Shown here: positions 13,776 through 25,860 of the stretch, piece after piece
Position numbering within the stretch: the stretch's first letter is position 1
Layout of the letters: each line of letters opens with the position of its first letter
NCBI RefSeq assembly: GCF_006345805.1
Contig: NC_043002.1
Location: 73,966,001 to 74,030,000, forward strand
Direction of reading: 5' to 3'
DNA length: 64,000 nucleotides
From: Octopus sinensis
Taxonomy: Eukaryota
The notes under the pieces: model-generated
What the model saw: the letters and a program-made list of their open reading frames with translations, nothing else
Databases searched by the model: none
What the model was told of the DNA's origin: nothing
Translations under genes and position numbers: made by a program

Positions 13776-15529
13776 CTTTTGATCCAAACTGGTTCCTCCG
13801 TAGTTGAGTTTTCAGTAAATGAAGATTTTAGGGAGACATTTTTACTTTTTTGAATAGCAGTCTTAATGTCAGCCATGGTATGATTAAGAGCTTCTTTGGC
13901 ATCAAGTTCATCTTTAATTCCACTAGTATCAATACTTTTTCCTTTGCCATTTATATGAGTTTCTTCGCCATTAATCTCCTGATTCAGCTCAGACTTTTGC
14001 TTTAACTGCAACATCTTGGCAGGAGAATCACATTCATGAGGGAATGCTTCATCAACATCACTAGCTTGACTTCCAGATAAACCATCCTCTACAATTGGCA
14101 TTCCACCAGTATTAGACTTTTCTTCATCAGATAATACACTCTCCACTTCAGCACTATCACATTCAGTATTTTCAGGAGACAGTGTGAATGCTCTCTTTTC
14201 TTCCACCACTAAAGGTTCAGTGTTATTTAAAGGAATTTCAGTTAAACAATCTTCACTCACTCTCACTTGATGCTGACTACGATCAGAAATTTCTGGTCCG
14301 TTCTTTTGATGAATGATTTTCTCAGGAGAACAATCACGAGAGCTTTCAGGTGAACTGCTACTAATACTCGAGCTAGGAAAAGCTAAACGCATTCCAACAT
14401 AAGAATTGCCCTGATGAATGCGTGCATACTTAACATAATCGTATTCATTTTCAATATTAACATTCTTTCGGGCTGAATTTCTATCAGGCTTAGATACTTC
14501 ATTATGCATAGTCACATCTAGATCTGATTGCAAAGTTTGCTCAACGGGAGATATTTGCTTCAGGTCCTGATTATTATATGGAAGGGTTTCTCGTTCTGAA
14601 CTAGATCCATCTCGATCACTACAACTACCTGAACTATTACTATGATTTACCCGTCTTGCAAATCCTGGAGATTGACGTTTTATCTTAGGTTTAGCACCCT
14701 GGGAATTATACTTTGTTGAAGATGGAATATTTCTTTCATCATAATTTTTTACTTCTCCAATTGTTGGAATATTGTTTCGAATTTCTAAGCTATTCCTTTT
14801 TTTAACAGTCTCATCTGGACTACAGTACTTGGAGTCTTTTGATTTTTCTCTAAGATTAACTGCTACTTCCCAGGGTTTCTCTAAGCCAATATCAGCAGCA
14901 GTATTGAGAATTCCATTCCTGTCCAACAGCTTCACATCTTTCCCATCAAGTATATCTGAACGCAATTCCTTCTGTCTTGAAGAATGTTTGTTGTAATGAT
15001 GGCTTCCTCCAACACTCTCACTTCCATCTGAAAGAGTATCAGAACCACTCTTGGAATGAATACTATTCTGACCAAGAATGTCTGGAGCTAAGTTCTGATG
15101 AGAACCAAGGTCCTTACCAGAACATTTGCACAGCTTTTCTGTGAGACTATCAGCAAGAATGTCAGCAGAATGGTCCATATCATCGGTAGGGAAATCAATC
15201 TCTACATCAGGATAATCATTAATACATGACTCTCCACTCTCATCACTATCATGTTGTAAGCCCATACTTTCCAGCCCATCATCATCAATCAGGTTTTGAT
15301 ATGACAAAGAGCTAATTTCACTGGCTTGACGAGAACCACTCTCACCGAGGTTGACTTCCATGCTCAAGTTATCTGTGTCATCAGCAGTATGCTCTGACAA
15401 CTGCTCGAAGCTAAGGGTGGATCCTCGTAAAGAGATATCCCCCCCACATGCTCCTTCAAGATTAACATCACAGTTCTCCTCAGTGTCAGAGTAAGCTAAC
15501 GTATTACACCTCTCTTCTAAGTCAGACAT
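13776..15529 (-). CDS. APBA1: Large first coding exon of a Mint/X11/LIN-10 (APBA family) adaptor: acidic disordered N-terminus ending in a CASK-interaction-like segment; PTB/PDZ exons not seen in window
   Basis: 584-codon uninterrupted frame in AT-rich DNA. Minus-strand acceptor aatttcag| gives exon start 15589; donor AAA AG|gtcagt at 13776. The end KEALNHTMADIKTAIQKSK...EEPVWIKR resembles vertebrate Mint1 DAISLAIKDIKEAIEEVK...KEPIWVMR (recalled). Exon status is well supported; identity rests on this one segment. Confidence 0.72.
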
Positions 15530-17499
15530 AATTTGTCAATTTTTAATACAGCTTACAGGGAACACTTTATTCTGCCTGTGTTTCCTCGCCTGAAATTTAA
15601 AAAAAAAAACAGCTTTTAGTTTCATAAAAAAAGTTTTCATTTCACATTTAATTTTTAAAATGTTTTGCATTTTCATTCATCATCATCATCACAGTATATC
15701 ATTTTCAATATTATTTACAATAACATACAGTGGTCATGAGAATTTGTTTAGAGATTTTCAATTACATTTTACAACAAAACATTCCCTCTTCACAGAAAAG
15801 GTTATCAGTTTTAGCCACTCTATGGTGTATTTGTGTGAAATACAAGCAGTGAAAATAGTTCACCAGCATCGAGGAGAAACAAGTAACTGTTGAATATGCA
15901 ATTTAAACTAGATAACACGAGTACTCTTGAACTTAAGGTGTCTACAACAGCTGAATATTGAGATTAAAAAGAATTATTAGGAAGAAAATACTTTCAACAA
16001 ATTTTATGGCTGGTGAATGAAATGGTGCAGGAGATAAGGTTGGCTCAATATATGCTGTTATGCAAGCTAGTCTAATAAATGTAGAAAATGAACATTAAGC
16101 CAATAATGAGTTCTTGCAATAACTAAATGACAAAAATTGACACTCATTTTAAAATTATAAGTTTGTAATTCATCACAATTATATTATGCTACCTTAGAAA
16201 GGGCACTAAGATCACATTTAACAGAAAATCAGTGTGGAAAGAGAAAAATTGAGAAAGCTAAACAAACTGGTGTTTAACAAAGCCAAAATTAAATCTATTC
16301 TTAAATGAGGCTGAATTAATGTTTAATATAATACATTCTGCTACATCAATCTCTGTATTGCAAAACATGCATGCTCTGAACAAAAGTAATATTTTTAGAA
16401 TGAAAAAATATAATGAGTTGTGTTCAGTAATTTTCATATAAATATATTGCTTTTTTTTAATGTTTTATTGTATATGTACTATGATATAGAAATTCATAGC
16501 AACAGCAGTTTTAAGAATACCATTCAAATCCATCACTACCATACAATGTTATCAAACAATATCTCACGATGTAAAAACTGTCAAAAGTTGTGTTTTCAAG
16601 AAAAACAATTTGTTAGACATTAAAAGATTCTTAATGAATTGATATGAAGGACTAAATATCTAATGAAATCTATTTTAACTAGATGTCAACTTACTCATTC
16701 AATGATTCTCTCCCTAATGAGTAATTTAACATCTAAGTCTTTGGTGATGATCCAAGGACTTAAGACTTACGGGACATTTTTATCTCTGCATTATGACAAC
16801 TTAAAAATACACTAATAAACCAGTTGTTAAAAAGATTTTATAATCCTAAGTTAAAATTTCCCATTTTTCATCATTGTAACTTTACACTCACTTTTCATGC
16901 TGACTTGGGTAGGATGAGTCCTAATAGTCCAAATAAATTAATATTTTGCTTTCTTTCCTCCTAAATATGGCATCAAACCACTTCTTAGTTGTTTATTTTG
17001 ACATGGCTTTTACAGCAGGATGCCCTTTCTAGCACCAACATTTAGAGTGTATCAGTTATAATTCATTGTGGTACCTCTTGATCCTATGTTGTCTCTGTTC
17101 AAAGTTTACTGGGTATGGTTTGTGACACCAGCACTAGTGAGGTTGCCTTGTATTTGACAATATAGTCTTCACTTTATTCAGGGCAATGTGACTAAGAGAA
17201 TTGATAGGTAGAGGGTGTCTGAGGATGAACTAAGGTGGGAGAAGAAGAGTATGGTGGAGGAGATGAGTGAAGAAGAAAAGTATTTCTAGTATTGTCACTG
17301 AAGCATCATAATTTGGAAAGATACAGCAAGGTGAAGTTGTAGGGTATGGTAGTGGCAAAGTGGAGGGAGTATGGACAAATTTAATGGGCAACATAATACA
17401 GTATGAACAAATTTATGGACAACATAATACAGTAAATAGGAGTAAGGATGCTAGAGAGATGGAAGGATATTGCATATGCAAGAGTGACAGCTGACAGTG

Positions 17500-18845
17500 A
17501 CTTAGCAGCTACAAATGAAGGCCCAAATGCAGATACATAATATATATCCCAATTTCCATTACTACCTCACTGTTTCAATGTACATTTTCCCAAACTCATA
17601 CAGGTAACCAGGCCTTCTTCAACATCACATGTTGCCAATCAACATGGTCGCATGTCATCTTCATGAGATGAAATAACTTAAGATTGCTCTTCCTTTTGTT
17701 TCAAGTCTTCCTTAATCTCCCTCTTACACAATTACCATATTATCTACTATATGCATGACATGGCCATGCTAGCAGTCTTCTCTTACACGTTACATCTGAT
17801 TTCTCTTATACCTTTTTTTTTCTTTATTTCTCACCTCATTTGTATTCTATCTTTCGTGTATACTAACAACACATCCAGCAAAGTATGCTTGTATTGTTTC
17901 TTCCTAGCAAGTCCTCTACTTATATCTTCCTGCTACACAGACCACACTTCATACACAAGTGTCATATAATCAACACAAAAAGCTCTTTGTTGCCAGTAGG
18001 GGTAATAGTTTTTATTCTGGCTACTACACTTTCCAAACATCTACCTGCTACACAACTAATTAAGCCACTAAGGTAACAAATGCTATCAATGACTTCTAGG
18101 GAGTTATTCAGACATTTGAGATCAAGTATTTCCTGAGTGCTCTAAGTGCGTACTGCCCCATTTGAGTGGTCTGAGAATTGAGCTCTACTTGCATATTGAA
18201 TTAATCACTGAACATACTGCTGATTGCACTTCTATATAATGCTTGCATGGTCCTCACTAGCTTCCTTACCAATCACTATATCATAGAGCAAGCAACTTTG
18301 TCAAAGGCCCTTCCCAAGTCAACAAATGCAAGGTATAGAGGCTTATTCTCAGCAAAGAATTTCTCCTGCAGCTGCATCACTGGGAATGACATCAGTAGAA
18401 CTCTTCCTGACACAAGGCTGAACAGCATCTCATTCAGGATAATCCTGTTCCTAATAAATTTTGAAATAATAAAGTTATGTATTGTCATAACTTTCATAAC
18501 CTTGTCCAACAGTTTGTTGTCTTTGCAGTTTCCTCTCTCTCTCTAGTGCATTGTCTTTGCCCTATAGCAGGTTATTATGATAATACAAAACCAGTCATTG
18601 AACATGACACCCTGAGGATTTTAGTGTCTAGCCCATATTCTACTGTGCCAGATATTTTAAACAACCTTGAAACTATTCCCTATAGACCAGCTGATTTCCC
18701 TAACTTCATATCCTTAACTACTCTATCATACTGTTGTCAACTTGGATGCTAAACCTCTATTGGGTATACAAACACTCACTCCTATGCATTCTCCTCCACA
18801 TTCAGCAGCTTTTCATAGTATCACTCCTCCACATTCAACAACCTC
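17500..18845 (-). mobile_element. Degraded RTE-type LINE, RT region
   Basis: Minus-strand QLQEKFFAENKPLYLAFVDLGRAFDKV (RT motif xDLxKAFD) in ORF 18276-18509; flanking decayed coding sequence; ends approximate. Confidence 0.7.
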
Positions 18846-18999
18846 AAAAATTATTATAAAATTTAAATAAAATAAATTTATGCTTCCAATAATAAAAATA
18901 TTAACAAAGCAAGAAAAATTTGATGAAATGACTATTGAAGTCTAAATGTAGAATCAAACTGTCCAACAAAATAATTATTCAGACTATGGTCTGAAATAA

Positions 19000-20390
19000 A
19001 ACCAGTAGTGTCTGCATCACATTTAAAATGCCCTGCTGCCCATCACTCCTCACCAAGTTGGTTCCAATTTACATACTCCAACACTTTCCTTCTCTCTACC
19101 AGTATCATACCACAAACACACAATATGAAAACACCTCAACAACAAGGCTTCTGACCCTAACAACATCCTTTCTATTAGCTTCAAGCATTACACACTATTG
19201 CTAGTTCCAAATCTCTACAAAATTCTATCATATTTTTGGAAACATGCCAGAGTGTGTCCCATTCCTAAGAAGTACAGCATCTTAAAATCTGTTAATTGTT
19301 AATCTATCATATTCACTTCTAATATATCAAAAAAGAAAAAAGAAAAAAAACAGGAAACAATCATTAAGTAATCACCTTCAGTATCACAAGTCCATCTCCC
19401 ACCTCAGTGACACATATGTGGCTTCTGTAGAGCCAAATTTATGGAGCTATGACCTATGTCACTATCCCACTTAACCTTGAGAAATATGGTAAAATCAATG
19501 TTGTTACAAAAACATTTGACCATGTCTGGTTGAATTAATCTGCCTGCCTATGAGGTTAATGGTGTACACTGATGGGATTCTTCTCTGACCCACACTATCA
19601 ACTTGTGTGCATGAGGTTTGGTTATGTTCTCACATGCTTCTGTCAGTACATTAACAACCTATTTGCTCTCAACTTTGACAACTTTCACTCATACAGATGA
19701 TACCAACCTTCATTCTTTCTTAACTTCTGCACAAAGATGTCACCCACATGCAACCTGGGTACTCCACATTAAACTTTCACTTTAACAAGATCTTAAAAAC
19801 ATTCCCCAGTGGATACATGACAATCTTGCCCCTTTCAACAGCACAAAGACACCATCATTGCACATATTAAGGAAACAATACTGCATCTCACACTCTAGAT
19901 TTCAACAACATGCAAACCCTCAAAATTACTACAAATGCTAAGCCTCATAAATACTGGTGATTTTCTCTGGAGATTTTATTTTCATAAAATACCAAAAACT
20001 GCATCTCAAAGACTATCCCTCTTCTTTAGGGTTATAGAATACTTCAAATCTGATCAGCTACTGAATTTTCCTAAACTATATCTAAAAGAAAACCAATAAA
20101 TTGATTGGTAAAGACTCCCTGACAACATACTCTAGCCTACCCACATGCTTAAATTATCACTACAACAATGGTCTCTGTTCCTTGGAACTAGCTACTTGCC
20201 TATGAGTTCCACTGAAGCCCATACAACACACTTATCACTTGCCCCCTAGGCTTTACACTTAACACCTATACCCAACTGTCCTTTCCTTAAATAACCCCAT
20301 TGGAAATTCTTTCCACCCATGTTTCAGCAGCAAATGGTAACGTACAGATGTTAAAACTGATCATAAACCATATCAACCACATCAGTTTTG
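19000..20390 (+). mobile_element. Highly degraded non-LTR retrotransposon (CR1/L2/Jockey group) RT remnant
   Basis: Decayed KASxPxNI (19144), WKHARVCPIPKK (19237), TFDHVW (19511) and YTDDT (YADD-like, about 19691) in the expected order. Confidence 0.65.
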
Positions 20391-22410
20391 GGAAACCTGT
20401 GAAGAACATGGGCAATGTGACAGTAGAAAGGAAAAAACTTGTAAACTAATAAAAATTTAAAATTATGCAGTTGGGAAACTAAAACCCTGTGTTAGCAAAC
20501 TTATTAATATTGATAATTTTATAATGCATTCTATAGCCCCAGGCCAGCCCTGATCAAGCAGGCCTAACACATGTAGCTTGTTTGTTTCATCTACTCATTT
20601 TTAAAACAGTAGAGTTTTTAAAATGTCAGCTATTTTTAGCAGGTCAAGTAACTGTATAGAGGCTTCATTTTGGCTAGATTATAATCAACCAGTTAAAATA
20701 TCATGCAGTTTAATTCAAATTTCAGTTATCTATAACACTGCAACATTTCTAATCCATTTTTCAAATACCAAGTGGTTTTTGTTTCATTCATTTTTTATTA
20801 TAACTATATTTCTAGATATATATAAGCAACATTAATTCCTAATTCTTTTCACAATTCACTCAACTACTCCTTACATTTTTCATTACCCAATACATGATAT
20901 TATTTAGCTTTACAGTATATATACATCTGATTATATATACATGAGCTTTCTTTATTATGGAGTGCCTACCAAGCTATGACCTAGTTTTAATCCTTGATTG
21001 AGATATTTCTATTCACATCATACTTTATGTATAGCTATAATCAATGTAAGATAAACTGCATCAAACTAATTTTCCTGGACACACTACATAAAAACAAAAA
21101 CTTCAGCCATGTCTCAATAAGAATGCAAGAAGCTATGAATTTCAAGTAATATTACAAAGAATATGTCCAACAAAGTAAATTGACACACAAGCATTAAGAT
21201 TGTGTAATCTGACATACCAGGCTCATCACTGCCATGATGTGGATCAAATGGTAATAAAATTTGATACAAGCACTTTATATTGGTTTCTATCAACATAAAG
21301 GTTGGTTACACCCATCAAGACTAAGCAAAACCATACTATGTCATTCATAATAAAGTATTGCTATATGAAAAATGTTAAACACTGGTAATAGCTCACGAAT
21401 AAGTGTAAACTTGAGAAACTTTTGTCATAGCCTGAATAACTTTTGCAAATAGATTTCTCATTGACCAAGATTATCAAAGACCTCGATAATATAAGACAGA
21501 TTTATTTATTAGAACCAAGAACTTCTCTTTCAACTGTCTCACATGGATCATAATATTAATGGTAAATATTTTACTTCAAAATCTGGCTGCATCATAACCA
21601 ACATGCACTGACTCCCAACTTAACTCATTAATTTTAAGTTCTGGTAATTTTCCTTCTTCAGCTTGCCCTATTTACACTTGGTGTCATCTTTGGGAATATA
21701 TTTGATAAAAAAAAAATTAACTAATATAACACCAACCTATTCTGATGCCTTTATCTTAGCAGCATCCATATCTGAAGGTTCTGTAGCTTTCTCTATTACC
21801 ATGTATTTTTCTTCCCTAAATAGTCTCTTACTATTTCTACAGATGACCTCTGTTGACTCAACTGGTAGCAGACTTAATATCCCATGCATACACTTTCTTC
21901 AGTAATTGCTCATAGAAAGGTTTGCAACTCTCCTTTTCAATGTCACTGATAGCCCACTTAACTTCGAAGTATAGTTCCTTGCTATCTTCTATGTTCCAGT
22001 AACCGTTTTTAGAAATTTGTGTGTACAAATCTAATTAGAAAATAGAATGAACCAGTCAATAGAAATCATTTAGTAAATAGTAAAAAATTCAATTACACTG
22101 AAGGGATATAAAGAGAAAACAAAAGGAATAAAAATGAAGACATTTCTTTTGATCACTTAGAGAGTGTGGTACTGGAATGGATCCCAACATATAAATAAGC
22201 ATGTGCATTGTTAGCAGATATTCCAAAGAATGTCAAAGAGCCACACTTCACATTCATTTTGCTATGGGATGCCAGAAGGAAAGTTAGCACCTCAATATGG
22301 CCAGCTTATAGGTTAGGGTTTACAGCAGTGAACTATACTAGTCTTGCTTGAACTAATAAAAAAAATAAAATAAAAGCATTTAAAACTAATTCAGAAAGAA
22401 AAAATATAAT

Positions 22411-22464
22411 ACAAAATGTAAAGTATGAAGCCACTGAACAAAATGTAAAGTATGAAGCCACTGA
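22411..22464. repeat. Direct tandem duplication, 2 x 27 bp
   Basis: acaaaatgtaaagtatgaagccactga repeated twice. Confidence 0.9.
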
Positions 22465-22756
22465 ATAAACTGTATTTACACTTTTACTCTTATTTGCTTC
22501 AGTCATTTGACTGTGGTCATGCTGAAGCACTGCATTTAGTCGAACTAATCGACCCCAGGACTCATTCTTTGTAAGCTTAGTACTTATTCTATCAGTCTCT
22601 TGTGCCAAACCACTAATTACAGGTTATAATTCTTAACAGGAGTTTCATTTGCTTTGCAAATAATTTGAAACTAATATTTCAGAAATACGAGTTATCGGTG
22701 AGATGACTGTCTGTTCAAAATTGATAGCCATATTAAATTTTACATCATTTAAAATG

Positions 22757-22985
22757 TTAACTCGTTAGCATTCAGATTACTCTACCAAATGTAATGCTTA
22801 TTTATTTACATTATTTTGAATTAATTGTAGCTTATCTTGTAGCTTTGAGATTTTGTTGATCTGATTGCTTCCATTTAGAGTAACATTGTAGGGTAGGTAC
22901 AAGAGGTTGAATCTGGCCAATTTTAACATAAAACAAGATAGAATGTTTGAGCTAGATATGACTGGTTAAAATGCTAAAGAGTTAA
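22757..22985. mobile_element. TTAA-flanked piggyBac-like MITE, family B
   Basis: ttaa-ctcgttagcatt ... aatgctaaagag-ttaa; an inverted degraded copy lies at about 46485-46675 inside a MAPK intron. Confidence 0.65.
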
Positions 22986-23426
22986 AGCTTTAATTTAAAA
23001 ACTCAGGTCTTGGTCTAACCAGTTGCATAACACAAGCCTTTGTTACAAATTTTAATTGGTTACTTCTATAGGGTTTCTAACCTAAAGCTATCATATGCTG
23101 TTTGTAAGTTAATTAGGTCATTAACTAAAGACCACAAGTTGTCATAAATATCATCACCAAAAAATAATTTAAACTGCCAAATATTAAAGCAGTATAAAAT
23201 TCAGCTACAAATTTTGTTTATTAAAGTATAAAACTGTTTTCAAAATCAAATTCCTTTTCCTGTAATTCTGTTACACCAAACATTTCAAAATATTGAATGA
23301 TGTGTCGTTGAAATTACATTGCTGCTGCCACTTCACACTGCTTTCAGTATTTCTATTTATCTGTTAAACTCCTCTCTAATCTATATGGGATAGTTCCAAT
23401 ATGGGAAAATAGTATTATCACAACTA

Positions 23427-23875
23427 GGCACATACATGACTGTGAGGTAAGAAGTTTGCTTCCCAACCACATGATTCTAGATTTTGTTCCACTGGGATGT
23501 CTTCTACTGAAAGCCCCAAGTCAACCAAAGCTTTGTGAGTGGATTTGGCAGACTTGTTCATGTGTATGTATGTAAACACACCCACACCCCCAAATGTATA
23601 TATGTGCCTGTGAGGGAGGGTATATATGCTTGTATCTCTCTGCTTTGTCATCGCATGATAGTCATAAAACAGTTGTTACTAAAATGCAAGCAGTGTCATT
23701 CATTTCCAATATTCTCCGGGAACATGTCTGGTCACAGGAAAATATTACCTTGCTTGGAAATAGTTGAGGATTGGTGACAGGAAGAGCAGCTGGTGGTAAA
23801 AAAAGCTGTCTCAATAAACTCTATCTGACCCATGCAAACAAGGAAAGGTAGAGGTTATGATGATGGTGGTGGTGA
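23427..23875 (+). mobile_element. tRNA-headed SINE, near full length, with RTE-like (GAT)n tail
   Basis: Head with A/B-box-like tgactgtgaggtaagaag..ttttgttccactg; common body. Related copies at about 4330-4510(-), 8681-8830(+), 27790-28050(+), 41695-41820(+), 47640-47740(-), 50055-50215(-), 51633-51965(+), 55040-55380(+), 55955-56370(-). Confidence 0.7.
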
Positions 23876-24879
23876 CACACTATTCCAACTTTAAAGAAAG
23901 ACATCAGTAAAGCTTAATGCTCTATTTTCCAGTTAACTACTCATCACTAAAGAAAATAGTACTGAAAAATAACACAAAATGTGTGATCAATCAGCTACCC
24001 TACAAGGGGGAAAGCTTATTTTTGCTAAACAAGACCGCTCGTATTTACACATTCATGGTTTTCCCACAAACACCTGTTCTATTCAATCTCTGAATGTACA
24101 AACTTCCAACACATTAACTCAACTCTACGTGGACAAATCCCCAACTGTTAACATAACAAGTTAACAGTTAGACATAACTAACACTGTACTCTTAAATTAA
24201 GAGAATGCACCACTTCATGCCATGCCACAGGCAACTATGTTAATATCTCAATACCCATAATGACTAAAAACTCTAAGCATTACATCCAACATTGCCATAA
24301 TATTACATCCAACAGTAGTGTCATGGCCATAATATGCAAAGAACATAAACAAAATATAAAAATGTACCTCCTTATAATCCACTCACCAGCACAATATTTG
24401 GCAAAAATAAGGAAAAAAAAAAATTTAAGTTCATTGAGTTATGTCAGACCCTCCCACCCTTAACCTTTCTCACAATTAACTACAATAAAAAAAAGACTTA
24501 CAAAAAATACTACCATAATCAGATAATGAATCCATTTTTCAGATATGCCATATACATCAAAACCAAGGTACTTAAAACTCAAATCTACTTAGATGTCTGA
24601 CATGTATTTGAGGATGTAGAAGGTCAAAACACAGGCAACTATAAATATAACCATTGGAAAACATGCAAATGCATTAACAAAACCCTGAACACTACCACAA
24701 TACCATTCAAAATTTATTATAGTCCTTCATTCAATCCCAGACTGCAAACATACATGCACATTAAAAGTGCAACAAAATCAATTTTCTCTCATAGCCTTAA
24801 CTTGAACTGGGTCAACTGCCTTAAAAGGCCAGTTGGTTCGCTATTTTTGTTAGAAAGACAAAATAGATTTCTTCATATA

Positions 24880-25860
24880 TAGGTGGGGCTTAAAAACTGT
24901 ATACCAGTATTCCAATAAATAAGACATTAGAGTAGGGTACCTTTCCCTTCAAAATATTCCCTTTGAGAAAGTACACAGCATCCTAGCACATCTTTCATGC
25001 TTCAAAAGCATCAAGGAAGTCCTCTTCCTGAAGTGGGATTCCTTCAAATTCAAATCTATTCTGGGAAACACGGTGAAGTCAGGCAAGTACAGAGGATGTG
25101 GCACAATCTCCATTTTGTTCTTTATCAAAAACTACATAATGAATATTAATGTGAATCAACAGCCCACTGTTGTTGCACTATAATTCTGTTTTTTTTTCTT
25201 TCATTGTGTATCTTAGATCAAGTATCTCAAAACACAACAGGATATGTCAGAATTCCTTGTATCACTGGCAGGTACAAATTCTCAGTGAATACTGCATTTG
25301 AAGTGATATAAAACAATGAGCATGTTCTTCACTACAAACCTGCCATGCTTTCTTTAATCTTTGTGTCAGTGGGCTCTTACACTGTCATTTTGTTTTTGGA
25401 CAATAGTCATAAACTCAACTTTCATGATCCATGATGACTAAGAATGAAAGCCTTCTCTTAAAACTCAAGGCACACATCAAAATGCTCCTACTTTTGATCA
25501 AGAATCAGGTTGGGTGGTGGAGACTAACTTTGCAACAATACAATGCATGCTCAAGTTTTCCATGAGAATCTCCTGTAGCAAGCATGAGAACTAACTCTAG
25601 TTACATGAGGGAGTTAGCTGATTGACTATTCAACATCTCTCCTCGTGGATGAATTCACAATTTATTTTCCACATTTTCTGGCATTTTGCTAGTGATTGAT
25701 CACCCTGAATGCTCATTAACTAGAAAACTCAATAGCTATTGAAATACATGTGCCAATCAAAAACCTATATTGATTTAAAGAATGTTCACTTAAAGCCTGA
25801 CAAAGCACTTCAAGGGGCTGTCAAGTTTCTTGCAAAATTTGACACAACCATGTGGCTTTA
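24880..25860 (-). mobile_element. Degraded mariner transposase relic
   Basis: Minus strand reads GEYFEG (mariner C-terminus, about 24945-24964) and a decayed TGDESWVYDY-like motif (about 25400-25435); many stops and deletions; ends approximate. Confidence 0.65.

Noticed and set aside
23427-23500. tRNA-like sequences at SINE heads
   Set aside because: No complete cloverleaf; they continue into a shared repeat body, so they are SINEs rather than tRNA genes.
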